Virus record (IMG/VR): IMGVR_UViG_3300032030_000030
Span: 40,697-104,696 of that record
Reading direction: 5' to 3' (one strand)
Source: a virus
Lineage: Duplodnaviria; Caudoviricetes
Length of the DNA stretch: 64,000 nucleotides
Shown: piece by piece, positions 1 through 8,969 of the stretch
Numbering within the stretch: position 1 is the stretch's first letter
Layout of the letters: each line of letters opens with the position of its first letter
Program-made: the position numbers and the translations under genes
Notes under the pieces: generated by a model
Told to the model about the DNA's origin: nothing
What the model saw: only the letters and a program-made list of their open reading frames with translations
Databases searched by the model: none

Positions 1-10
1 AGGAGAAGAA

Positions 11-3000
11 TTGTGGGAACGCCTTCAAAAAGATTCTAATGGCGAACCCACAATCCAATCCTTAATTAGACATGGGCTTGGGAACCTTGTATCTGGAATC
101 CCAGAGAACGTACTAAAAAGGAAGTATGGCTTCCTTGCGAGAGATGGAGGTGTAAGACGAGTACAACCTGGAACTAATACAGAAGCATTGAAGATGATAG
201 AAAATGTCATTGCATTTAACAATGACCCAGTAAACGAAGGTTTTATGGCAAAAATTAGAACACGCTGGGACAAAGGTGATATGTATGTTGACATTCAGCC
301 TACATACAAATACGATGACAATAAGATAGACTTGATAGCAAAGAAAAAAATTGAAGCATACAAGCAAATTCAAGACGCAATCCTTGCTACTGGCAAGTAT
401 ATACCTATTATAAGAGCGATTGGAGAAGCGGTTACTTCCAATGTTAAATTAGTGTCGAATACAAGTTTCGACCCGTCACTCACTATGAAAGCATTCCTTG
501 CATCAATGGATTTAATCAATGGTCACAGATTTGGGTTCTCAAATGTATTCGACATCCTTAAAGTGTCACAAAATGACTTGGATAGCTATTTGACACCAAT
601 TGTCGATGCCATTACAGAGTATTATACTCATCCAGCAACAATAGATAGTTTCTCACAGAATATCTTTGGGTATCTTGCCGAATCGTTTGCTTCCGAATTT
701 AATGATTCATTGCATATTGGAGACAATGCTATAATAGCAGAGAATGAGTTTGAAACACAAACAGACAAGGAAAGCGGTGTAACTAAGGCTACTAATGCCA
801 CTACGAGTAAAATGATTAAGAGATTGCTTACAATGGCATTACAAGGTAAAAAGAGTGGTGTTAGTTATGTTGACACACTCATAAGCCAAATGCTTGAAGA
901 TGTTACTAAGCAGATACGTTCAAGTTCTATTGTAGATAGCACAACAGGTAAGTTTGCTGATAGCCTTATGGATATGACCAAGAACAATTCGTTTGTACCT
1001 CTTGAATCAGAAATAATCAAGGGAACATTTGACAAGGAACAAGACAAGAAGGATTCAGTCATATTGGACAAGGCGATAACTAACGCAACAGACCAAATCA
1101 AAAGTCTATCTCACTATACGGTAGAATTGAATAAGATTTTCAATGGAATACTTGATGCCGAATATAGGAGAAGAAGTATTTTTAGGGAGAAGAAAGGTCT
1201 TAGTGAAGTACATAGGAATCTTATTGAGGTTGACCTTGAAAGAATGGATAGAGTCCTTAAGAGACTTTCAAGAGCAAGGCGTTCTCAGAAATTCTCACTT
1301 GGTATATTCGAGTATATTAAAGAAATTGGAGAAAGAGCAAAGGATTACAATGAGTTGGTAAGGGAAATGAACAAGGAAGACTTTTCCATTAAGAAGAAAG
1401 CATCTATTCTTAGGGATTTGTTTGATTTTATCAATATGTACGATAATACTTCCAAGGGTATCAGGCAGTTGATACTCGATGGTGGTACTTTTGCAGAAGA
1501 GGTGATTGAATCCTCTCTTAAAGACATAGAATATGTGTTCAATGTACCTCTAAAAGGAGTGGAGTATGAGAAGATGAAAGATAGTGATGATGAGAAAATA
1601 AGAAATCTTATCACATTGAAGCGAAATATGAACACTTGGTCTGACTCTGAGAAGATAAAGCACATTGACGAGATATACGAAAATGCCAAGACATATTTGG
1701 AATGGGCTATCGAAAACTCAAAGCAATATAGCGAAGACACAAAAGACCAGAAACTTGAAAAGATGAATGAACTCATTGGTATTCTCGATGTTGCGAAAGA
1801 GTATCTTACTATGGCACAAAAGGATAGTCTTAGGGAAAAGCAAGAAACTGTTGCATCCAGTCTTGACGCATACGATGGTATAGTTCGTAGTCTTGAAGCA
1901 AGTTTTAGGAATATGGCAAAACCTATGATTGTAAAGTTCCTTGAAACATATATGGATGACAAACAAAAGGTTGTTAAATTTGGCGAGTATCTTGGCTTTA
2001 AGAAAGGAGAGACTGTTTCGGTTGAAAAATTGCTCACAACAATCACTTCTGATATTAATGCTTATCAGCGTTGGTTTTCGTCATTGACGAATGCCCCAGA
2101 CCTTATTCTTAACCTTATAAGCGAATCTATCAAGAGAGAAAAGTTCCTTGCTCAGCAAGAGTTCAAAAACTTTACTGACGATGTAAGACGCGAGGCTATC
2201 TTGCTTGAAGAAGCAGGAATTGAGAATACCGATTGGATGTTTGAACTTGATGAGAATGGCAACAGAACAGGATATTATGTACGTTCCGAATATGAGAAAA
2301 CAGTATTTGATGAATGTATGAAGGATAAGTTTGTTAGAAAAACGTTGAAATTGCTTCCTGGTGAAACATATAATCCTGCAAATTATATAGGTACTGAAAA
2401 TGAAGGCTTAGTTGAGTGGTTTACGAAGTATTACAATAACAGGCTTGCGTATCACGAAGCAATGGGTGTTGTGGAGAACAAACAATACAGGGATATAATG
2501 TCAAATCCTGCAAAAAAAAGATTCTATGAGTTCTTTATGAACAACTATGAAAGACTACAAAATATGTATCCTCCACGAGTTGTTCAAAAGAGCAGGATAA
2601 TAGGAATCAAAATGAGTGAAAAGGAACGTATGAGAGAAGCAAATGGCATCAAGGGTCTTGTAAAAGGTGCTTGGAATGGTTTTGTAGATAGTATTACAAC
2701 AACCTACGACGAAGATATGGCTACAATGCGCGTGGACCCAGCAGGACATGAAATAAAGATGCTTCCAATATATTTCTGCAACTTTAAAGACGAGGATATT
2801 CCTACTGTTTCAAAAGATTGCGTAGCAAGTCTTCTCGCTTATGCAGGCAAGGCTTATGAATACAATAGATTAAATGAAGTGGTAGATGCAATAGAGCTTA
2901 CGAGAGAGATATTAAAGGACAGAGAAATCGAACTAAGAGTAGGTGATACTCCATTTGTAGAGAGTGTAAACAGAGAAATGAAGCGTCTTGCAAGGAAAAT

Positions 3001-4534
3001 GAAGAAGATTGCAAAGAATCAGGAAACAAACGAACTTGACGAAATGCAAATCCTTAAACGCAAAGACGAAGGAACAAGCAACGCTTCTCAAATGTTGAAT
3101 GACATACTCGATGCTTCTTTGTATGGTAGATATCATGTGAGAGAGCAATCTGTAAATATACTTGGAAAGAATATTAACTTTGGCAAGGTTGCAGACTTCC
3201 TCAATAGAAGAACTGCCGAATCAGCGTTGTCTCTTTCATTAACAAACGGTTTGTCTAATGTAACAACAGGTTCTATTATGATGCATATCGAAGGAACTCG
3301 TTGGCTTGGAGATAAGGATGCTCAACGATATTTCTCAAATAGGGATATTGACTGGGCAAACAGGACTTATTTCAAGGATTCCATACAAATAGCAATGGAA
3401 GTTGCAGGTAAGTCAAAGGCTAAGAAAAATAAGATTGTACTTCTTGGAGAATTATTTGATGTGCAATCAGATTTTGTAGAAATGATGTCAAGGTCAGATT
3501 GGTCATTTGGTACATTTGGAAGAATGTATGGAGACCTTTGCCAGTTTATGCAAAATGCAGGCGAACATTGGATGGCATACAAAACAATGCTCTGTTTGTT
3601 GAGAAACAAGAAACTCAAAGATGCCAATGGTGGTGATATAACGTTGTATGATGCATTTGAGGTTAAATACATCGACAAAGATGGTAACTTGACAACATCA
3701 GACCAAGGATATGGTGGCAAACTCGTTTTAAAGGACGGAATAAAGAACGAAGATGGCAGTGAAATATCCAAGGAAGATATGCAAGAGATGATTTATTCAT
3801 TACATAAACGTATGGTAGGTATAAATCACGGTATGCACGGTATATATAATACGCAAGACTTGGCAGCAGCACAACGATATGCCATTGGTAGAATGGCTTA
3901 TTTTCTCAGACACTGGATTCCTGCATCAATCAATAAGAGATGGGCGAAGGTAACATACGACAAGGATATTCAAGATTGGAGAGAAGGATATTACCGTACT
4001 TGTGGACGCTTTGCAATGCAACTTCTTAATGATGTTGTAAGAGGGGATAAACGTATGAAAGAAGTATGGGCTGCACTTGAACCAGAAGAAAAAGCCAATA
4101 TAAATAGAGGCTTAGTTGAAGTAACAAGTTTCATTCTTGCTTCTATTGCAGCAAGCATTCTTTACGGTATGGGCAAGGGTCCAGACAGAGATAGGTTCAA
4201 AGATAATTATGGATTCAGAATGTTAAGGTATCAAATGCTAAGATTAAAATCAGAACTTGGCTTTTTTGTACCAAACAAACAGATGTTCTCTGAATACCTA
4301 CGTATTTTTAAGTCTCCTATTGCAGCAATCAATATAGGAGAGTCTGCTTTAGGACTGTTAAAACTATTGTGGATTCCCGATATATGGAATGAAGTTGATA
4401 GAGGTCCATTCAAAGGACACAGCCAATGGTTCAAATCATTCTTTGGAAACAGGGCATTGTGGCCAAGACTCAATGTAATTATCAGAAATACTGTTGGTCT
4501 CGAAGAGGCTGAAAGACAATATATCACACAATAG
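11..4534 (+). CDS. C-terminal part of a giant crAss-like virion cargo/ejection protein; 5' end truncated by the window
   Basis: 1507-aa ORF, still open at the window start; helical and charged, with a hydrophobic C-terminal segment (FILASIAASILYGMG) like the large ejected proteins of crAss-like phages. No RNAP catalytic motif in the visible part. Confidence 0.65.
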   Translation: MWERLQKDSNGEPTIQSLIRHGLGNLVSGIPENVLKRKYGFLARDGGVRRVQPGTNTEALKMIENVIAFNNDPVNEGFMAKIRTRWDKGDMYVDIQPTYKYDDNKIDLIAKKKIEAYKQIQDAILATGKYIPIIRAIGEAVTSNVKLVSNTSFDPSLTMKAFLASMDLINGHRFGFSNVFDILKVSQNDLDSYLTPIVDAITEYYTHPATIDSFSQNIFGYLAESFASEFNDSLHIGDNAIIAENEFETQTDKESGVTKATNATTSKMIKRLLTMALQGKKSGVSYVDTLISQMLEDVTKQIRSSSIVDSTTGKFADSLMDMTKNNSFVPLESEIIKGTFDKEQDKKDSVILDKAITNATDQIKSLSHYTVELNKIFNGILDAEYRRRSIFREKKGLSEVHRNLIEVDLERMDRVLKRLSRARRSQKFSLGIFEYIKEIGERAKDYNELVREMNKEDFSIKKKASILRDLFDFINMYDNTSKGIRQLILDGGTFAEEVIESSLKDIEYVFNVPLKGVEYEKMKDSDDEKIRNLITLKRNMNTWSDSEKIKHIDEIYENAKTYLEWAIENSKQYSEDTKDQKLEKMNELIGILDVAKEYLTMAQKDSLREKQETVASSLDAYDGIVRSLEASFRNMAKPMIVKFLETYMDDKQKVVKFGEYLGFKKGETVSVEKLLTTITSDINAYQRWFSSLTNAPDLILNLISESIKREKFLAQQEFKNFTDDVRREAILLEEAGIENTDWMFELDENGNRTGYYVRSEYEKTVFDECMKDKFVRKTLKLLPGETYNPANYIGTENEGLVEWFTKYYNNRLAYHEAMGVVENKQYRDIMSNPAKKRFYEFFMNNYERLQNMYPPRVVQKSRIIGIKMSEKERMREANGIKGLVKGAWNGFVDSITTTYDEDMATMRVDPAGHEIKMLPIYFCNFKDEDIPTVSKDCVASLLAYAGKAYEYNRLNEVVDAIELTREILKDREIELRVGDTPFVESVNREMKRLARKMKKIAKNQETNELDEMQILKRKDEGTSNASQMLNDILDASLYGRYHVREQSVNILGKNINFGKVADFLNRRTAESALSLSLTNGLSNVTTGSIMMHIEGTRWLGDKDAQRYFSNRDIDWANRTYFKDSIQIAMEVAGKSKAKKNKIVLLGELFDVQSDFVEMMSRSDWSFGTFGRMYGDLCQFMQNAGEHWMAYKTMLCLLRNKKLKDANGGDITLYDAFEVKYIDKDGNLTTSDQGYGGKLVLKDGIKNEDGSEISKEDMQEMIYSLHKRMVGINHGMHGIYNTQDLAAAQRYAIGRMAYFLRHWIPASINKRWAKVTYDKDIQDWREGYYRTCGRFAMQLLNDVVRGDKRMKEVWAALEPEEKANINRGLVEVTSFILASIAASILYGMGKGPDRDRFKDNYGFRMLRYQMLRLKSELGFFVPNKQMFSEYLRIFKSPIAAINIGESALGLLKLLWIPDIWNEVDRGPFKGHSQWFKSFFGNRALWPRLNVIIRNTVGLEEAERQYITQ

Positions 4535-4558
4535 CAATGTTTTCAAAGTTTCAAAGTT

Positions 4559-4595
4559 AACGACGGATTATTAAGTCCGTCGTTTTCTTTTTTTT
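4559..4595 (+). terminator. Rho-independent terminator
   Basis: AACGACGGA/TCCGTCGTT stem followed by a T-run, just after the stop codon. Confidence 0.85.
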
Positions 4596-4601
4596 ATGAA
4601 C

Positions 4602-4632
4602 CGCCAATCACTCGGTCAATCACTATCCATTG
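4602..4632 (+). promoter_or_regulatory. Conserved phage motif copy 1 (putative phage-specific/early promoter)
   Basis: CGCCAAT-CACTCGG-TCAATCACTATCCATTG, between a terminator and the gene at 4718. Confidence 0.7.
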
Positions 4633-4717
4633 AACCGCAACCAATTATGGTAATCAATTAACGGAGGTATAGCGGTTCTACCTCTATAAAACAAAAAACA
4701 TTTAAAAACTTTTAACC

Positions 4718-5323
4718 ATGAACGCATTTCTTTTTAACAACTTCGCATCAGCTAAGACAGTAGACATTCGTAAGGCACTCACAATGACAGCTCTCTCTTC
4801 GGAAGAGACGCTCGAGAACGGCACCAAGGTCAAGATTGAAGCCAGGGATGCCGTAGCCTTCGAGAAGGACCCTGACAATCGCTCTGAACTCAGCAACAAG
4901 GACATCACTCTCGCCTTCACATTCCGTCAGACTGTCGGCAGTGAGTCACAGGCGTACAAGATTTCTGCGCCGATTTCAACAGAACTCTGGGACGCATTGG
5001 ACGAGGGTCGTGAACTCATCAAGGTTCCTTACGCAGAAGACTACAATCGTTCTGACATCAAGGGCGCAAAGGAGAACTTGAAGAAACTTGCTGAACTCGA
5101 TGTCAAAATCTATGTCTTCGACGCTTGGGACGACAAGGCAGGTCAATATCCTACTGACAGCGAAGGCAAACCAATCTATGAGAACTTCATTGCAGGTTTG
5201 CCTGGTGAGTTCGAGATTGACCCTGACCAGCCGCGTAAGAAGGACAACATCGGCAAGAACAAGAAGGCTGCAACCGCAAAGTCTGTAAAGGCAGAAGCTG
5301 CTAACGAAGAGGAAATCTTCTAA
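4718..5323 (+). CDS. 201-aa protein A, paralog of 10595-11203; SSB-like acidic tail (EEEIF)
   Basis: Clean ORF with A-rich leader and biased codons; colinear similarity to protein B; function inferred only. Confidence 0.85.
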   Translation: MNAFLFNNFASAKTVDIRKALTMTALSSEETLENGTKVKIEARDAVAFEKDPDNRSELSNKDITLAFTFRQTVGSESQAYKISAPISTELWDALDEGRELIKVPYAEDYNRSDIKGAKENLKKLAELDVKIYVFDAWDDKAGQYPTDSEGKPIYENFIAGLPGEFEIDPDQPRKKDNIGKNKKAATAKSVKAEAANEEEIF

Positions 5324-5329
5324 CAACAT

Positions 5330-5346
5330 TTGCTGTATCCGAAGTA
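5330..5346 (+). repeat. 17-bp direct repeat, copy 1 (TTGCTGTATCCGAAGTA)
   Basis: Identical to 10450-10466. Confidence 0.9.
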
Positions 5347-5412
5347 CAACCGACCTGAGCAAGTCGTTAAACTACTCATTTTTTAATTGTAAAACTCAAA
5401 ATCATAAATAAA

Positions 5413-5805
5413 ATGAAAACAACACTCAGAAGAGATATGTCAATCAAGGCAATGGCTATGCTTATAATGGCAGCAATTCGTGCAGATGAAACAGCGGCAA
5501 AAAGGATTGCTGCTTGTTTGTCAATACGGGATTTGTCGTTCATTACGTCAGATGCAGTAGTTCCAGAAACTGTCTCCGTAGTCAATACTGACGTTTTTGA
5601 GCAGGCAACAAACATTTCGGTTGATGCAATCAAGGAAATATCTTTGAATCGTCTTGACCACGAAGACGGAGAAGGTTACGAAGTCTTGGTAAGGGGCTTT
5701 GCTTCCAAAGAAGAAATGGACTCAAAGTCCTGGAACGAAGCAACTGTAATCAGATTCCCGTTGGAATTGTGTCCTGACTATGGTCTCGACTACACAACAG
5801 CATAA
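5413..5805 (+). CDS. hypothetical protein
   Basis: 130-aa ORF with AT-rich leader, co-oriented with its neighbours. Confidence 0.75.
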   Translation: MKTTLRRDMSIKAMAMLIMAAIRADETAAKRIAACLSIRDLSFITSDAVVPETVSVVNTDVFEQATNISVDAIKEISLNRLDHEDGEGYEVLVRGFASKEEMDSKSWNEATVIRFPLELCPDYGLDYTTA

Positions 5806-5909
5806 TGTTGCTATGGCGAAAGAGAAAATTAATCCAAAGACGTTGATGGCTCCATTCTCTCCCTATTAAATTAGGTCTTGGAGTAAAACGCAAACTAATA
5901 CTAAAGCAT

Positions 5910-6212
5910 ATGACAAATCCTGTACGCAGCCTTGTTTGGCGTAATTGTATCGCCAGAGGCACTCACAAGGTATTCAAAATGGAATGGTTCAAGAAAGGCC
6001 GTTCTACTTGCGAATACAGTAGAGTTTTCCTCCTCAACTCTACACAAGCAACTGAGGAGAAATTCAAGATAGTAGTTAACTATGGTTACAAAGGTGATTT
6101 CGACTATTGCAACATCTACGACATATCCCAACGTGAGGATATGGATAACGCAGAGTGCAATGGCGTTATCCCTAAATATTCGGAAATTAAAAGGCAACAT
6201 GAATACAAATAA
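5910..6212 (+). CDS. hypothetical protein
   Basis: 100-aa ORF in a tightly packed operon. Confidence 0.7.
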   Translation: MTNPVRSLVWRNCIARGTHKVFKMEWFKKGRSTCEYSRVFLLNSTQATEEKFKIVVNYGYKGDFDYCNIYDISQREDMDNAECNGVIPKYSEIKRQHEYK

Positions 6213-6543
6213 AATATGGATGTGGCAAGAATACGACGGTCACGTATGGGCAGGTCCGTGTTTCAATACGGCTTATTCATCAAAAAATAGGGCCAAAAGT
6301 CATATAGTCAAGATTGCTAAAAGCGATGACAGGAATAAAATAATGGGTTTCTTCCACGAAAACGAGGAAGGAACTTGCGTTATATATTACTATTGCATCA
6401 TTGACCATTCGCACGATGATTATGTTGACGACGTATTCAAACAAGCAATAGAAAGAAGAAAGCTCAACCATCAATTGACTTTGGCTGACATTAGGGAATT
6501 TGAAGGTGAAGTTTTTAAGTTAACCGATTTTGAACTGCTATGA
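6199..6543 (+). CDS. hypothetical protein
   Basis: ATG at 6199 overlaps the previous gene end; ATGA overlap with the next gene. Confidence 0.7.
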   Translation: MNTNKIWMWQEYDGHVWAGPCFNTAYSSKNRAKSHIVKIAKSDDRNKIMGFFHENEEGTCVIYYYCIIDHSHDDYVDDVFKQAIERRKLNHQLTLADIREFEGEVFKLTDFELL

Positions 6544-6821
6544 AATTAACTGAAATAGGTACAACACCAATGTTCGAGGAAGTTGATATTCCTTACGCCG
6601 TCTTTGTATCGGAAGACGGGCATGTAAGGTATCAAGGAAGCCGCGAATATGTTAGAAAACGGGCAATCAAAGGCCCGTACTGCGGAACTCTACGTGTCTA
6701 TAACAATCGGCATTCTCATACTGCCGATATTGTCAGTACGATACATACTGGCAAATGTGCGCAAAGAATGATAAACGAACTCTTAAAAGAATGTGAACCA
6801 ACAGATGGACTATTCGATTAA
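6540..6821 (+). CDS. hypothetical protein
   Basis: 93-aa ORF with 4-bp overlap. Confidence 0.7.
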   Translation: MKLTEIGTTPMFEEVDIPYAVFVSEDGHVRYQGSREYVRKRAIKGPYCGTLRVYNNRHSHTADIVSTIHTGKCAQRMINELLKECEPTDGLFD

Positions 6822-7161
6822 ACAAGACGTTGGTAGTGATGTAATTAAGTGTATGTGCAACTGGTATAAAAATCACTATGGTGCCATACTTGAAAAGATA
6901 CATCACGTCGATACTCGTTTTACTAACAAGGGCGAACTCAGAATCCAGGGCTGGATAACCGAGGAAGACCTTTGGAATAATGCTCCCAAATATGACGGTT
7001 TTGACATGAGCTTTCAGCTTGATAGAGCAAATCGTATATTTGTAATCTCTGCTTGGGTTATTGACCCATTTATGTTAAATATTCCTTCCGACTTCAAGCC
7101 AAATATCCCTGGTTTTGATGACTATTGGAAGGGTAATGTTGGACCATTTACAGACGATTAA
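6805..7161 (+). CDS. hypothetical protein
   Basis: ORF in operon; ATG at 6805. Confidence 0.7.
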   Translation: MDYSIKQDVGSDVIKCMCNWYKNHYGAILEKIHHVDTRFTNKGELRIQGWITEEDLWNNAPKYDGFDMSFQLDRANRIFVISAWVIDPFMLNIPSDFKPNIPGFDDYWKGNVGPFTDD

Positions 7162-7162
7162 T

Positions 7163-7474
7163 ATGTTACCAGAAGAAATGGTGCATGGTGGCATCTACAA
7201 AGTAGCCAATACAAGAACAGGTGATTTCTGTGTTGGTTACTTTGATTATTTCAAGCAAAACAGCAAGAAAACAAAGGCTCGTATTGTTATGAAAGACACC
7301 ATAGCACACTACAATCACCTTTACGACGGATATTGGAATGCCATTCTTGACAAAGTAGAGTTTGAAAGCAATAACCTACAAGTCTGCAAACCTGAAAAAG
7401 GCGAGGAAATGGCATATCATGCCGTCATTTCTGCAATGAAGGAGTTTAATCTGAAAATTAGCAAAAATGATTAA
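7163..7474 (+). CDS. hypothetical protein
   Basis: ATG just after the previous stop. Confidence 0.7.
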   Translation: MLPEEMVHGGIYKVANTRTGDFCVGYFDYFKQNSKKTKARIVMKDTIAHYNHLYDGYWNAILDKVEFESNNLQVCKPEKGEEMAYHAVISAMKEFNLKISKND

Positions 7475-7751
7475 AACTAATATTGAAAGCGTAATTGCTA
7501 ACAGAGAAAGTCTTGAAACACTCTCAGGCTGTATGTGTTGTCAAAAGATATTTGACGTCCCACATAAGAAATGTGTTTATTGCAGCGAGTTCAAAGACTG
7601 TAAAGTATTATCGTGTGCAAACTGTGCATGGTCTATTCCATGTAGTGACGAAGATGTTTGTTTTCCGTGGCTTGCACACGATTTGTTAAACGTAATAAAA
7701 GAACAAAATGGAAGCGATTTGGAGAAAGAAATTGGCGACGGTAATCGGTAG
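7467..7751 (+). CDS. Cys-rich, probable zinc-binding protein
   Basis: CMCC, CVYC and CANC motifs. Confidence 0.65.
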   Translation: MIKTNIESVIANRESLETLSGCMCCQKIFDVPHKKCVYCSEFKDCKVLSCANCAWSIPCSDEDVCFPWLAHDLLNVIKEQNGSDLEKEIGDGNR

Positions 7752-8241
7752 TATGATACCGTCAGGTCTTATCGTCAAAACAGACTTTGGCGATGAGAGG
7801 GTAATTGCATTGCAAATCCGTACAGACTCTGACGAGTTCGATGCAATTGTAATTACTGAGAATCAGAATGAGAATCAAGGCGTCTATCGAATCGAAGATG
7901 TCAAACCGTATCTTAAAACTTACGGTCAATTGACAGAACCTGAAATGGACCACATGGACTATCTCGACGACGACAGAGAGAAAAGTGAGATGGCAATTGC
8001 TCTTGCCTACATGAAATGCGTTGTTGACCGTGATGGACAAAATGAGTTCATTCAAGAAGGTTATGCTCTGAAAGCTCCGAAAGGAATGTACAAACCTGTT
8101 GATTGGAAAGCATACAACAAGGAGTTGTACGGAGATGACTACGACGACGATGACGACGAAGACGAAGACGAAGACAGTAACAACAAAGTCAACTTCTCGA
8201 ACGAGGACATCGACGACGAAGAAGACTACGACGAAATCTAA
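7708..8241 (+). CDS. hypothetical protein with long Asp/Glu-rich C-terminus
   Basis: 177-aa ORF ending DDYDDDDDEDEDED...DDEEDYDEI. Confidence 0.75.
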   Translation: MEAIWRKKLATVIGSMIPSGLIVKTDFGDERVIALQIRTDSDEFDAIVITENQNENQGVYRIEDVKPYLKTYGQLTEPEMDHMDYLDDDREKSEMAIALAYMKCVVDRDGQNEFIQEGYALKAPKGMYKPVDWKAYNKELYGDDYDDDDDEDEDEDSNNKVNFSNEDIDDEEDYDEI

Positions 8242-8254
8242 AAAAAACAAACAA

Positions 8255-8854
8255 ATGGCAAAACTAAAAGACCCACCAGCAGTTGTCTTGACGTTGGAGG
8301 CTACGAAAGAGAACACAATCTTATTCTATGGTCATACAACAAATAAGAACATAGGACCGCAGTGTTTGTCACAATGGTTTCCATGTAAATTCACAGAACC
8401 AATCATTGATGAAGACAATCAAACTGCGGCGACGATTGAGTATCATTGTGCCGAGCAGTATATGATGGCTCATAAAGCCTTGTTGTTCCAAGACAACGAT
8501 ACTTTTGCTAAAATATGCAAGGCAAATACTCCGAAAGAATGTAAAGAACTTGGAAGGCAAGTAAGGAATTTCGACCAAAAGAGATGGGACGAATACAAAG
8601 AGGAAATTGTGGTAGTTGGCAACTATCATAAATTCACTCAAAACCCTGACCTTGCCGAATATCTCAAATCTACTGATGGCAAGGTTCTTGCCGAAGCCAG
8701 CCCCTATGATAGAATATGGGGCATTGGGTTCGATAAAGACCACGCCTTCGAGAATCGCAGCAAATGGGGACAAAATCTCCTTGGCAAAGCATTGATGATT
8801 GTCAGGGAAAATCTGTTGCATCCAGACATCGGCGATATTGAAATTGTCTACTAA
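8255..8854 (+). CDS. NADAR family protein (YbiA/DUF1768-like ADP-ribosylhydrolase/N-glycosidase)
   Basis: Family motifs LSQWF, AEQYMMAHKA, KELGRQVRNFD, KFTQNPDL, EASPYDRIWGIG, GQNLLGKALM. Confidence 0.92.
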   Translation: MAKLKDPPAVVLTLEATKENTILFYGHTTNKNIGPQCLSQWFPCKFTEPIIDEDNQTAATIEYHCAEQYMMAHKALLFQDNDTFAKICKANTPKECKELGRQVRNFDQKRWDEYKEEIVVVGNYHKFTQNPDLAEYLKSTDGKVLAEASPYDRIWGIGFDKDHAFENRSKWGQNLLGKALMIVRENLLHPDIGDIEIVY

Positions 8855-8935
8855 ATGGCCAGTTTTCGGCGTTTTAAGCTATACCCTGATTAATCCGTTG
8901 TTCTACGGATTATCAGGGTAATTTGGCTAATAAAA

Positions 8936-8965
8936 CGCCAATTACAGGTCAGTAACTTTCTATTG
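8936..8965 (+). promoter_or_regulatory. Conserved phage motif copy 2
   Basis: CGCCAAT-TACAGG-TCAGTAACTTTCTATTG. Confidence 0.7.
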
Positions 8966-8969
8966 AACC

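Noticed and set aside
4663-4700. preQ1 riboswitch-like hairpin plus A-rich tail
   Set aside because: Lacks the conserved loop and the terminal CUAA/CUAG pairing; the loop instead matches upstream GAACCGC
8099-8254. Thr/Lys-rich N-terminal extension of NADAR
   Set aside because: It is the alternate frame of the upstream gene's acidic tail; ATG 8255 has a proper A-rich leader
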